DNA from: Candidatus Levyibacteriota bacterium
GTDB lineage: Bacteria > Patescibacteriota > Microgenomatia > Levybacterales > UBA12049
NCBI GenBank assembly: GCA_038253825.1
Contig: JBBSGT010000005.1
Coordinates: 1-54,177, forward strand
DNA: 54,177 nt
Reading direction: 5' to 3'
In this document: piece by piece, positions 28,303 to 37,640 of the stretch
Layout: the number at the start of each line of letters is the position of its first letter
Position numbering within the stretch: the first letter of the stretch is position 1
Position numbers and translations under genes: made by a program
The notes under the pieces: generated by a model
Told to the model about the DNA's origin: nothing
The model's database searches: none
What the model saw: only the letters and a program-made list of their open reading frames with translations

Positions 28303-30759
28303 CTAGCATTCAGAATAGCCACATGAGTAACACTTCTTGCAACCTTCTTCGTAAGCAAAACTTCCTGAACCACATTCCGGGCAGATATCAAAGAGCGATG
28401 TCGATGCACCACTGGCGACACCTGTCTGTGGCAGTGCCAGTTGGTTTGCAACTACTTCTTCCTCAACGGGTGATGCATCTGCATTCGTTGCTTGCGTGGT
28501 ACCGTTACTCAAAGCCGTCATATGACCGTTGCCATTACCGTTTGTCATACGCTGGGTAAATAATGCGCTGTCTTCAACTTTACCATTGACTCGGAATTCA
28601 CAATGTCGTGCCAAGACTTTTGAAATAGCATCAGGCAAGGAACGAACTCGGTTTTCGCCGAAACCACTACTGCGTGAGCCGCCAATACCTGCAAGTTCAG
28701 AAACGATCTCGCGGACCCGCTCCCGGGCAGGAACCGGACTATGGATTCTTAGGACAAATGAAACCATCCGGCCAAGCGCGTCCGCAAGAGCCATCAAATC
28801 GGAACCGCTTTTTCCGTGATTGATGAACACCTCAAACAGATCACCTTTTTCGTCTTGATTGACTGTGACATAGAGTTTGCCGGTCGGACTGTCAGCTTTA
28901 TAGGTAACACCGGTAAGCATCATTGGACGCGGAACACGTGGCGTCACAGGGATAACCGGTTCTTGAGGGACCACAGGTGCTACAACTTCAGGTTTTTTCT
29001 CTTCAATTCTTTCCAAAACACCTTGTCGTGAACCGTCGCGCATGTACGTGATACCTTTCAGACCTTTGTCATATGCCATCATATAGAGTTCTTTTACGTC
29101 TTCAACTGTGTGCCCATTGGGTGCGTTCACAGTTTTAGAAATTGATGAATCGATATACTCTTGGGCAACAGCTTGTACTTCTGCATGCTCGGTTGGTGTC
29201 AAATCATTGGCACTGACAAAGTATGCAGGGCGCTCTTCGTCAGGGTGTTGCAGTTTCCATTCTTCCAAGAGAGGATGGTACATTGTCTCCTCACCACCAC
29301 GCCATCGGCGCTTGAAGACGAATTCATACACCGGTTCAATACCACTTGAGACACCTGATACAAGCGATGTTGTGCCCGTTGGAGCAATTGTTAACAGGAC
29401 AGCATTACGAATGCCTTGCTCGGCAATCTTCTTGCGCAGCGCTGCCGGAAGGGCTTTGATGTGGTAGCCTTTGAGATATTTTTCTTTATCAAACATCGGA
29501 AAGGAGCCTTTTTCCTTGGCAATGTCACTGGATGCGTCATAAGCACTATCTCGAAGTGTCTTGAAGATCTTTTCGATAACAGGAAGCGATTTCTCTGAAC
29601 CATAGGGTAACTGCATTTTAATTAATGTATCACCAAGTCCCATGATCCCAAGCCCTGTCCGGCGGATATCCATCGCACACTTTTCATTTTCTTTGAAAAA
29701 GTAGTAGGTTTGGTCGATAACGTTGTCCAGAAGCCGCATCGCAACTTTGACGTCTTTTTCAAATGAGTCAAAATCAAACTTTCCGGCAATATCATTTGTC
29801 AGGTCATCACCTTTGACGTAAGCTGCCAAGTTCATCGCACCCAAGTTACACACTGCCCATGGGCCGAGTGGTTGTTCACCACATGGATTGGTAGCAACGA
29901 GATGTTCAAAGTACCAGGTATTTGAGCGCTTGTTACTACGCTCCAGGAAGTGAAGACCAGGTTCTGCTGATTGCCAAGCTGCTGTGCAGATCAGATCCCA
30001 CAGTTCTTTTGCTTTAACGGTTTTGTAGACTTTGACTTTGCCACCATTTGCTTTCCACTTTTCCAATTCGCCATCCCAATCCTGGTCATAATTTGGTTCA
30101 CTCAATTCTGGATACACTAAATCCCAATCTTTGTCTGCTTTAACAGCTTCCATGAATGCATCGGAGACACAGACAGATAAGTTTGCGCCGTTGATTTTAC
30201 TCAAATCTTGTTTGACAGTAATAAATTCTTCAATGTCAGGATGCCAATCCCACAGCATGAGCATAGTTGCACCGCGGCGGGAGCCACCTTGTTGGACGAT
30301 GTCATGAGTCGCGACTGAAAAAAGCTCTGCCCAATTAACTGGTCCTGAAGAAGTGCCATTCACTTTTTTAACGCGTGCACCACGAGGTCTGAGAGAAGAG
30401 AGGTTCAAACCAACCCCACCTGAACGTGATTGAATTTCGATAAGCTGGCCGAGTGATTCGAGAATGCCGTGTCGTGAATCTTTGGGACTCGGAATAACAA
30501 AACAATTGAAATAAGTTACTTGATACCCTGTGCCAGCACCTGAAAGGATACGGCCACCAGGAACAAATTTAAAGCCTTCAAGAACCCGGTAGAATTCTTT
30601 TTCCCATTTTTCCTGTTGTGATTTCTTTTCTTGCCGAGCGATACCTTTGGAAACTCGAGCCCACATCTCTTCAGGTGTATGTTCAAGGAGTTCCCCTTCC
30701 TCACCCTTGAGTGCATATCGGTCTAAAAATACTTTTTGTCTTACTCCATCAAATTTCAT
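28303..30759 (-). CDS. nrdJ: class II adenosylcobalamin-dependent ribonucleotide reductase with TSCPD and C-terminal Zn-ribbon domains
   Basis: PGGRIL, NCFV, TNPCGEQPL, TIAPTGT, DSSISKTVN, SLPD, terminal CPECG..EEGCKKCYSCGYSEC; no ATP cone. Confidence 0.95.
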   Translation of the reverse strand: MKFDGVRQKVFLDRYALKGEEGELLEHTPEEMWARVSKGIARQEKKSQQEKWEKEFYRVLEGFKFVPGGRILSGAGTGYQVTYFNCFVIPSPKDSRHGILESLGQLIEIQSRSGGVGLNLSSLRPRGARVKKVNGTSSGPVNWAELFSVATHDIVQQGGSRRGATMLMLWDWHPDIEEFITVKQDLSKINGANLSVCVSDAFMEAVKADKDWDLVYPELSEPNYDQDWDGELEKWKANGGKVKVYKTVKAKELWDLICTAAWQSAEPGLHFLERSNKRSNTWYFEHLVATNPCGEQPLGPWAVCNLGAMNLAAYVKGDDLTNDIAGKFDFDSFEKDVKVAMRLLDNVIDQTYYFFKENEKCAMDIRRTGLGIMGLGDTLIKMQLPYGSEKSLPVIEKIFKTLRDSAYDASSDIAKEKGSFPMFDKEKYLKGYHIKALPAALRKKIAEQGIRNAVLLTIAPTGTTSLVSGVSSGIEPVYEFVFKRRWRGGEETMYHPLLEEWKLQHPDEERPAYFVSANDLTPTEHAEVQAVAQEYIDSSISKTVNAPNGHTVEDVKELYMMAYDKGLKGITYMRDGSRQGVLERIEEKKPEVVAPVVPQEPVIPVTPRVPRPMMLTGVTYKADSPTGKLYVTVNQDEKGDLFEVFINHGKSGSDLMALADALGRMVSFVLRIHSPVPARERVREIVSELAGIGGSRSSGFGENRVRSLPDAISKVLARHCEFRVNGKVEDSALFTQRMTNGNGNGHMTALSNGTTQATNADASPVEEEVVANQLALPQTGVASGASTSLFDICPECGSGSFAYEEGCKKCYSCGYSEC

Positions 30760-30777
30760 AGTTTTTTTAAATAAATC

Positions 30778-31188
30778 TTAGTTTGGTAACTTATATTTCA
30801 CTTCTTGAATCGGTTGTTCTGCCCCCAAAACTTTGAGGAGCGTCGAACCAACTTCTTCATTATTGTGATATATCACAAATTTATATTCCCCTTCTTTTTC
30901 AAATCCTAAATTGACTAATTCCAAAATAATATTGTTCTTTCCGTTCAAACTCGTGTGTGTATCTATGTTTAGTGTATTAATTACGTTCTTGCCAATCTCT
31001 GTAGTAATTTTTAATTTATAGGACTTATCAACCTCCCCCCGAAGGGTAGCAACGAAAAATGCCCGTGCCATGCCTCCTGGAAATTTTTGAACCCTTAACT
31101 CATCAAATATCCCGCTAATACTTAATTTACCCTCTCGTGAGATTAAAGCATAGTCACACAATGTTATGATTTCTGTATGTAATTTCAT
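30778..31188 (-). CDS. DUF6941-like beta-sandwich protein
   Basis: LCDYA....GKLSISGIFD..; F..EGEY.F; overlaps the nrdR stop (ATGA). Confidence 0.7.
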   Translation of the reverse strand: MKLHTEIITLCDYALISREGKLSISGIFDELRVQKFPGGMARAFFVATLRGEVDKSYKLKITTEIGKNVINTLNIDTHTSLNGKNNIILELVNLGFEKEGEYKFVIYHNNEEVGSTLLKVLGAEQPIQEVKYKLPN

Positions 31189-31661
31189 ACGATTTGCTTT
31201 TCTATCCGCTTGTTTAGATTGAGTTGTTTTACTTCCTTCTCGAAGTCTTCAACATCAACAAAACATTTAAAAACACTTGCGAACCTAATATAAGCAACTT
31301 TATCGAGTTTTTTCAAACGTTTTGCGACCATTTCGCCAATCAATTCACTCTTCACTTCGAGCAAACCCATCGTACGCAACTCTCGTGCAATTTCATTTAC
31401 TGTTCTCTCGATCATTTCCGCCGGGACTACTGTCTTCTCACATGCCTTGAGAATTCCCATTCTTAATTTCTCTCGAGAAAATTGTTCTCGCTTGCCGTCT
31501 TTTTTAATGACGATTAACTGAACATGTTCCACCCGTTCGTAGGTTGTAAAGCGTTTCGTGCACACAAGGCAAGCTCTTCTTCGCCTGATGGTATCCATAT
31601 CAGAGCTTTCTCGTGTTTCTACTACTTCGGACTCTTTACTTCCGCAATAAGGGCAGTGCAT
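31185..31661 (-). CDS. nrdR: transcriptional repressor NrdR
   Basis: MHCPYC, RRRRAC..C..RFTTYE, ATP cone VIKKDG, VAYIRFASV. Confidence 0.97.
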   Translation of the reverse strand: MHCPYCGSKESEVVETRESSDMDTIRRRRACLVCTKRFTTYERVEHVQLIVIKKDGKREQFSREKLRMGILKACEKTVVPAEMIERTVNEIARELRTMGLLEVKSELIGEMVAKRLKKLDKVAYIRFASVFKCFVDVEDFEKEVKQLNLNKRIEKQIV

Positions 31662-31665
31662 ATTG

Positions 31666-31717
31666 GTTCCAGATCTAGTGCCATAGAAATCATATGCCAC
31701 TACATCTATAGTGTCAA
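31666..31717 (-). promoter_or_regulatory. sigma70 promoter with tandem NrdR boxes
   Basis: TTGACA (31712-17)-17 nt-TATGAT (31689-94); imperfect 16-bp NrdR-like boxes at 31666-31681 and 31697-31712, 31 bp apart. Confidence 0.8.
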
Positions 31718-31836
31718 CTAATACTAAATGTATCAAAGGTCAGCTATAGCTTCAATCGAATACATTTTTATTTATGTTTTCTTACACTCCAAAAATGTAT
31801 GATCAAGAGTTGATTACAATAAGAGGAAATCTAGGT

Positions 31837-32403
31837 TCAAATCTTTAATCCTTTTATTTTTTTTGCTAAATCGGTCTCTTTATTTTGGGCTTTTTGAAAT
31901 TTCTTTTTGTCTGCTTCACTTAACTGTTGATCGATTTCATCGAGTACTTGGAAATGTTTTTGATTGGCCTCTGCTAATTTCTTGGTCATCTCTGTAATAT
32001 TCATTCCCTGCTTGTGTGCATTTACCGTTTGTTCTATTGCCTCATCAAAATAATCTTGCGCTTGAGAAAACGCCGAAGCTGCTAAATCTATTTTAGTCTG
32101 TGATACCAACATCGAGCTTGCTGAAACTTGTTTGTCGGATTGTAACAGCATGAAATCTGCTTTATCTATCGGCTTACCAATAAAAAATCCTATCATATTG
32201 TCACGAAATGATTTGAGAAAATACAAGGGATTATCAGGAAGCATACCAGGATATGGTAGCTGATACGTACTCGTCGGGGTTGGAGATGGAAGAGGCGGGT
32301 TATCATCGGCATGAACCGGGAATGCAGAAATTGTCAGCAGACAAGCACAAAGCAAAATAGTTACTCCGTATTTTGATTTGTGCTTGTTATTTTGCCTGTT
32401 CAT
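31837..32403 (-). CDS. DUF5667-like exported protein
   Basis: Signal peptide; YQLPYPGMLPDNPLYFLK motif; helical C-terminus. Confidence 0.75.
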   Translation of the reverse strand: MNRQNNKHKSKYGVTILLCACLLTISAFPVHADDNPPLPSPTPTSTYQLPYPGMLPDNPLYFLKSFRDNMIGFFIGKPIDKADFMLLQSDKQVSASSMLVSQTKIDLAASAFSQAQDYFDEAIEQTVNAHKQGMNITEMTKKLAEANQKHFQVLDEIDQQLSEADKKKFQKAQNKETDLAKKIKGLKI

Positions 32404-32986
32404 CTTTTTTTCCTTTGAGACCAATAGTCTCCAGTACCAATGCCAAACTTTCTTCTTGATTGTGGCTAAATGTATTGACAACCAAGTCATAATATTTTTT
32501 ATCCCAATTTACCCAGTTCGCATCACCGTTTGCATAAAGTCTTCGCCATTTTGCCAGATTTTGTGTTTCGCGTTCAAAAACTTCCCGCTTTGCTTCTTCA
32601 ACTGAAGACGTATCACGATTTGCAAGACGGTCTATACGAATATCTGCTTTATCTTCACCATTCTCCTCATCCTCACAAACGACAAGAATTTTTAAGACAC
32701 CCTCAATCCCTTGCGCATCAAAACCGGCTAAATGACTTTGCACAATCTGGTGTTTTTGATTCTTAAGAAGATCTTTGATTTTCTCTTCATACTCCAAATC
32801 AAACTGATCCGGCCTTCCCTCTGCATAACCGTGATCTTTGGAGAAAGCACGGAATAATTTACCGCCATCAAGCACTTCCCAATGCAATTCTTTTGCAACG
32901 TGATGCGCCAGGGTGGTCGCACCGCTCGCTATTCTGCCAGAAATGGTAATGTTGTGAATCTTAGAAAGTTCTACAGGTTTATCCAT
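32387..32986 (-). CDS. cmk: cytidylate kinase-like protein (archaeal type)
   Basis: ITISGRIASGATTLA, GKLFR, RIDRLANRD, YDLVVNT; Walker A Lys absent. Confidence 0.7.
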   Translation of the reverse strand: MDKPVELSKIHNITISGRIASGATTLAHHVAKELHWEVLDGGKLFRAFSKDHGYAEGRPDQFDLEYEEKIKDLLKNQKHQIVQSHLAGFDAQGIEGVLKILVVCEDEENGEDKADIRIDRLANRDTSSVEEAKREVFERETQNLAKWRRLYANGDANWVNWDKKYYDLVVNTFSHNQEESLALVLETIGLKGKKDEQAK

Positions 32987-33031
32987 AAATACCTAACTAA
33001 TTTTTGAGATCCGAATGTTATGCTAGACACA

Positions 33032-34096
33032 TTACTGAGTAGGGGCAGGTGTACTGAGGCGTCGTCCAACCATAATCGTCTCTTCGACAAGACGATTTGA
33101 ATAGCCATATTCATTGTCATACCATGCAATAATTTTTAGCATATTACCACCGGTTACTTGGGTTAATGAAAGATCAACAATACTTGAATGAGAATTACCA
33201 ATGATATCACTTGAGACAAGTGGATCTTCAGTTACGGCCAAAATCCCTTTGTACGCAGGATTCTCTGCTTCCTGGCGGAAGACTTGATTTACTTCATCTG
33301 GTGTAACATCTTTTTTCAACAAAAAGGTAAAGTCAGAAAGTGAGCCAACAGGAACCGGGACACGAATTGCAAGTCCTGCAAACACACCTTGGAGTACGGG
33401 TAATGCTTGGGCTGCAGCAATGGTTGCTCCAGTTGAAGTAGGAATAATGTTCAGCCCTGCTGCACGAGCACGCCGATAATCTTTGTGCCCTCCATCATGG
33501 AGACGCTGATCTGAGGTATACCCATGAATGGTTGTCATCATTGCTTTCTCAATTCCGAAATGATCATGGATAACTTTTGCCGGGGGTGTAATACAGTTCG
33601 TGGTGCACGAGGCATTACTGATCAGTTTTTCTCCTGCATAGTTACTGTCGTTTACGGAGATAACATAGGTTGGCACTCCTTCACCTTTGACAGGAGCTGA
33701 AAGCACTGCGGCCTTTGCTCCAGCAGCCAAATGCTGCTGCATTTTTGCAGCATCGGTGAAAGCACCGGTTGATTCAACAACAACATCTACATTTAGCTGT
33801 CCCCAAGGAAGGAGCGTAGGATCTTTTTGCGAATAAACAGGGATCTCTTTGCCATTTATGACAAGTGCTCCTAAAAAGTCTTTTCGTGACTCATCTGTAT
33901 TTGGCTTAATGCTCACATCCTGAGGAAGGAGGCCATAAACACTGTCATATTTGAGGAGATACATCCAGCCTTTCAGATCTGCTGAATGTCCGGCGTTAAT
34001 CGCAACCACTTCAAGATCGTCATTATGCCATTGAAGAATGACCCTGTGTGCCATTCTTCCGATGCGACCATAACCGTTGATTGCAACTCGTATCAT
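33032..34096 (-). CDS. gap: type I glyceraldehyde-3-phosphate dehydrogenase
   Basis: INGYGRIG, ASCTTNC, WYDNEYGYS; start at ATG 34096. Confidence 0.97.
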   Translation of the reverse strand: MIRVAINGYGRIGRMAHRVILQWHNDDLEVVAINAGHSADLKGWMYLLKYDSVYGLLPQDVSIKPNTDESRKDFLGALVINGKEIPVYSQKDPTLLPWGQLNVDVVVESTGAFTDAAKMQQHLAAGAKAAVLSAPVKGEGVPTYVISVNDSNYAGEKLISNASCTTNCITPPAKVIHDHFGIEKAMMTTIHGYTSDQRLHDGGHKDYRRARAAGLNIIPTSTGATIAAAQALPVLQGVFAGLAIRVPVPVGSLSDFTFLLKKDVTPDEVNQVFRQEAENPAYKGILAVTEDPLVSSDIIGNSHSSIVDLSLTQVTGGNMLKIIAWYDNEYGYSNRLVEETIMVGRRLSTPAPTQ

Positions 34097-34190
34097 AGTA
34101 TCCAGTATAAAGCGCTTATAAAAAGATAGCAAGAGGAAAAATAGCTTTAATTTATATAAAAATGGCATGGTATAATACGTTATTCCTTCT

Positions 34191-35309
34191 ATGAAACGAT
34201 TTATCTTTATTATTCTTTTTGGTGTCTTTTTTCTGTGTGGCTTGCCTGTCTTTGCACAAGGTACAAATGCAAAAACCCCTCCGACGCCTACTGATTCCTA
34301 TGCAAAAGCAAAAGTAACAAAGATTATTACCCAAGGCTCAAAAACTATTGAGGGAGAAAAAAATTTGTATCAAAAAGTACAACTGCAAATCCTCGATGGT
34401 CCAGAAGCTGGAAAAATCGTCACGATTACCTATGGTGACACAACCTCACTTCGCGCTGATCAGGAAGTATCTGCAGGACAAACTATCGTTCTTCTGAAAT
34501 CTCTCACACCGCAAAGTACGAAATATACCATTGCAGATATGTATAGGTTGGATAATTTATATCCGCTTATCGCCATTTTTCTGCTTGTTGTCTTTGTGGT
34601 CGCTCGACTCAAAGGACTTGGTTCGCTTATCGGCCTGGGAATCAGTCTGAGTATTATTTCGCTCTTTATCGTTCCTCAAATTCTCTCAGGACAAGATCCC
34701 CTGCTTTCAAGTATCGTCGGTTCGCTCTTTATTATGGTCGCTACCATGTATCTCGCCCATGGGTTCTCTCAAAAAACGCATATTGCACTCATTGCCACCA
34801 GTCTTGCGCTTGTCCTTACCGGCGTCCTCTCATATCTCTTTGTCAACCTGACTTTTCTGACTGGACTTGGCAGTGAAGATGCACAAAGTCTTACTTTTGG
34901 ACAAACGGCCACGATTAATTTCCAAGGATTACTTTTGGGGGGTATTATCATCGGCAGTTTGGGTGTGCTGGAAGATATCACGACGGGCTTGGCGGCTTCA
35001 ATTCAAGAGTTGAGTAAGGCGAATACCAAATTAAAATTCCGCGAACTTGTCGGAAGTGGTCTTCGTATCGGCAGTGAACATATTGCGGCATTGGTCAACA
35101 CCCTGGCTTTGGCATATGCAGGTGCAGGATTACCGCTGTTTCTTTTTATTATCCTCAACCCCAATCACCAACCTCTCTGGCTGATTCTTAATAGTGAAAT
35201 TCTTATGGAAGAAATTGTGAGAACCTTGGCAGGCAGTATTGGACTTATTCTCGCTGTTCCTTTAACTGCTGTTTTTGCTGCGTGGGCATTTGGACAAAAG
35301 AACCGCTAA
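34191..35309 (+). CDS. YibE/F family membrane protein
   Basis: GIIIGSLGVLEDIT, LVNTLALAYAG, EEIVRTLAGSIGL. Confidence 0.9.
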   Translation: MKRFIFIILFGVFFLCGLPVFAQGTNAKTPPTPTDSYAKAKVTKIITQGSKTIEGEKNLYQKVQLQILDGPEAGKIVTITYGDTTSLRADQEVSAGQTIVLLKSLTPQSTKYTIADMYRLDNLYPLIAIFLLVVFVVARLKGLGSLIGLGISLSIISLFIVPQILSGQDPLLSSIVGSLFIMVATMYLAHGFSQKTHIALIATSLALVLTGVLSYLFVNLTFLTGLGSEDAQSLTFGQTATINFQGLLLGGIIIGSLGVLEDITTGLAASIQELSKANTKLKFRELVGSGLRIGSEHIAALVNTLALAYAGAGLPLFLFIILNPNHQPLWLILNSEILMEEIVRTLAGSIGLILAVPLTAVFAAWAFGQKNR

Positions 35310-35396
35310 CTTTCTTACTGAATTCTTCAGTTTTGTTTAGCAACTGTTACCTAAATGTCTGGTAAAATACATTTTTGCCCTTTATACTTACTTTTT

Positions 35397-36677
35397 ATGA
35401 AACACACAAATCAGTGGAAGCAAGCCCAACAACAACTTGCGAAAACGGCAAAGCAGATCAACCTTGACCCACTCCTTCATGCCCACTTAGCAGAGCCAGA
35501 ACGCATTATCGAAGTCAGTCTCCCATTACGAAAAGACAATGGTGAAATCATGACTGTGAAAGGTTATCGAGTCCAACACAATAGTCATAAAGGTCCCTAT
35601 AAAGGTGGGTTGCGCTTTCATCCTGAGGTCGAAATAGAAGAAGTCAAAGCACTTGCGTTTTGGATGACAATGAAGACGGCGTTGGTTGACCTTCCCCTTG
35701 GTGGCGGGAAAGGTGGTATCAACATTGACCCAAAAATGCTTTCTGAAAAAGAATTAGAAAGACTTACCCGGTTATTTACAAAACGCATAGCACATGCTAT
35801 CGGACCTGATAAAGATATCCCTGCACCTGATGTCAATACGAACCCCACAATCATGGCATGGATCGCTGATGAATATGGTAAAATTACCGGCTCCTATACA
35901 CCTGCGGTCATTACCGGCAAACCAATTGATAAAGGTGGTTCACAAGGCCGAACAGAGGCAACAGGATTGGGCGGGGCCTATGTACTTTTAGAAAAAATAA
36001 CTCGTCTCGGGCTTGATCCGTCCAAACTCACCGTGGCAATCCAAGGATTTGGTAATGTAGGTTATTATGTTGCTTACTTTTTGCAAAAATATGGATTTAA
36101 AATCGTTGCACTTTCCGATTCAAAAGGAGGTATTTATATTCCTAGTGGCGTAGCTGATATTGAACAAGTTGAAAAATGCAAACAAGAAAAAGGCTATCTC
36201 GCTGGATGTTATTGTGTCGGATCTGTGTGTGACATCAGATATAAAGATCAAGTCAAAGGCCGGGATATCACACCAGAAGAACTTCTTGAGCTTCCTGTTG
36301 ATATCCTGATTCCGGCAGCACTGGGCGATGTCATCACTGAAAAAAATGCAGAAAAAATCCAAGCGAAAATAATTCTCGAAATGGCTAACGGCCCCACAAC
36401 TGCGCAAGCTGATGCAATCCTTAACAAAAAGAATATAACCGTTATCCCTGATATTCTCGCCAACGCCGGTGGTGTGGCGGTTAGTTACTTTGAGTGGTAT
36501 CAAAATATCCACAATGAGCAGTGGACCAAAGATGATGTCTTTGCCAAACTCAAAAAGAAAATGACCAAAGCAACGAATGAAGTTTGGGCGTCACAACAAG
36601 AATACAAGACAACAATGCGCGATGGCGCATATATCACAGCTTTGCAACAACTTGAAAAGACATGGAGTAAAAAATAA
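35397..36677 (+). CDS. gdhA: Glu/Leu/Phe/Val dehydrogenase
   Basis: GPYKGGLRF, GGGKGG, PAPDVNT, QGFGNVG, ANAGGVAVSYFEW. Confidence 0.93.
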   Translation: MKHTNQWKQAQQQLAKTAKQINLDPLLHAHLAEPERIIEVSLPLRKDNGEIMTVKGYRVQHNSHKGPYKGGLRFHPEVEIEEVKALAFWMTMKTALVDLPLGGGKGGINIDPKMLSEKELERLTRLFTKRIAHAIGPDKDIPAPDVNTNPTIMAWIADEYGKITGSYTPAVITGKPIDKGGSQGRTEATGLGGAYVLLEKITRLGLDPSKLTVAIQGFGNVGYYVAYFLQKYGFKIVALSDSKGGIYIPSGVADIEQVEKCKQEKGYLAGCYCVGSVCDIRYKDQVKGRDITPEELLELPVDILIPAALGDVITEKNAEKIQAKIILEMANGPTTAQADAILNKKNITVIPDILANAGGVAVSYFEWYQNIHNEQWTKDDVFAKLKKKMTKATNEVWASQQEYKTTMRDGAYITALQQLEKTWSKK

Positions 36678-36681
36678 ACCT

Positions 36682-37638
36682 ATGCGTGATGAGATAATTA
36701 GCCACAACTTAGCCTTAGAATTTGTGCGCGTAACTGAATCAGCTGCAATTGCTGCTAGCGAATGGATTGGTCGTGGCGATAAAAATGCTGCAGATCAAGC
36801 AGCAGTGAATGCCATGCGCTCTCGTCTTAACCAGATTGAGTTTCAAGGAAGAATTGTTATCGGAGAAGGTGAAAAAGATGAAGCACCAATGCTCTATACT
36901 GGCGAGCTTGTCGGTATGAGTAAAACACCCCAAATGGATATTGCTGTGGATCCTCTAGAATGTACCGATAGTGTAGCTTATGGTAGATATAACGCTATGA
37001 CAGTCATCGCAGCAGGAAGCAAAGATTCTCTGCTCCATGCTCCAGACATGTATATGGAAAAAATTGCCGTAGGATCAGCTGCTGCTTCAGTGATAGATTT
37101 GGACGCGCCCGTGGCAACTACCATTAAAGCTGTTGCAAAAGCACTGGGCAAAGACAAACGTGAAGTTACGGTGATGTTGCTCGATCGAGAACGGCATACC
37201 AAACTTGTCGAAGAAATTCGTGCGACCGGCGCACGAGTACGTCTCATTACTGATGGTGATGTAGCCGGAGCTATCGCTCCCAATCTCCCAACCAGTCCTG
37301 TCGATATTTTGATGGGAATTGGGGCAAGCACGGAAGCAGTTTTAGCTGCAACGGCAATCAGAATTATGGGTGGACAAATTTTAGCTCGTTTTGCGCCTCG
37401 TGACCAGCGAGATAGCCATGCGCTCAAAGGAGCAGGTATTACCAACCCTAAGAAAATTTACCGTGCTGAAGATTTGGCAAAAGGTAAAGATCTGACCTTC
37501 ACGGCAACGGGTGTTATCGATGGCCCCTTACTCGATGGCATTATTGTCAAAGGAAATACCACAATTACTCATTCGCTTGTCTTACGAGGACTTTCGGGAA
37601 CAACAAGATATATTACAGCAGAACATCATAATGAGTAG
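36682..37638 (+). CDS. glpX: class II fructose-1,6-bisphosphatase
   Basis: RVTESAA, IGEGEKDEAPML, DIAVDPLECT, DGDV. Confidence 0.95.
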   Translation: MRDEIISHNLALEFVRVTESAAIAASEWIGRGDKNAADQAAVNAMRSRLNQIEFQGRIVIGEGEKDEAPMLYTGELVGMSKTPQMDIAVDPLECTDSVAYGRYNAMTVIAAGSKDSLLHAPDMYMEKIAVGSAAASVIDLDAPVATTIKAVAKALGKDKREVTVMLLDRERHTKLVEEIRATGARVRLITDGDVAGAIAPNLPTSPVDILMGIGASTEAVLAATAIRIMGGQILARFAPRDQRDSHALKGAGITNPKKIYRAEDLAKGKDLTFTATGVIDGPLLDGIIVKGNTTITHSLVLRGLSGTTRYITAEHHNE

Positions 37639-37640
37639 TC

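Noticed and set aside
28303-30759. Intein or intron in nrdJ
   Set aside because: The ORF is continuous with normally spaced motifs; no C/S...HN splice junctions or homing-endonuclease motifs seen.
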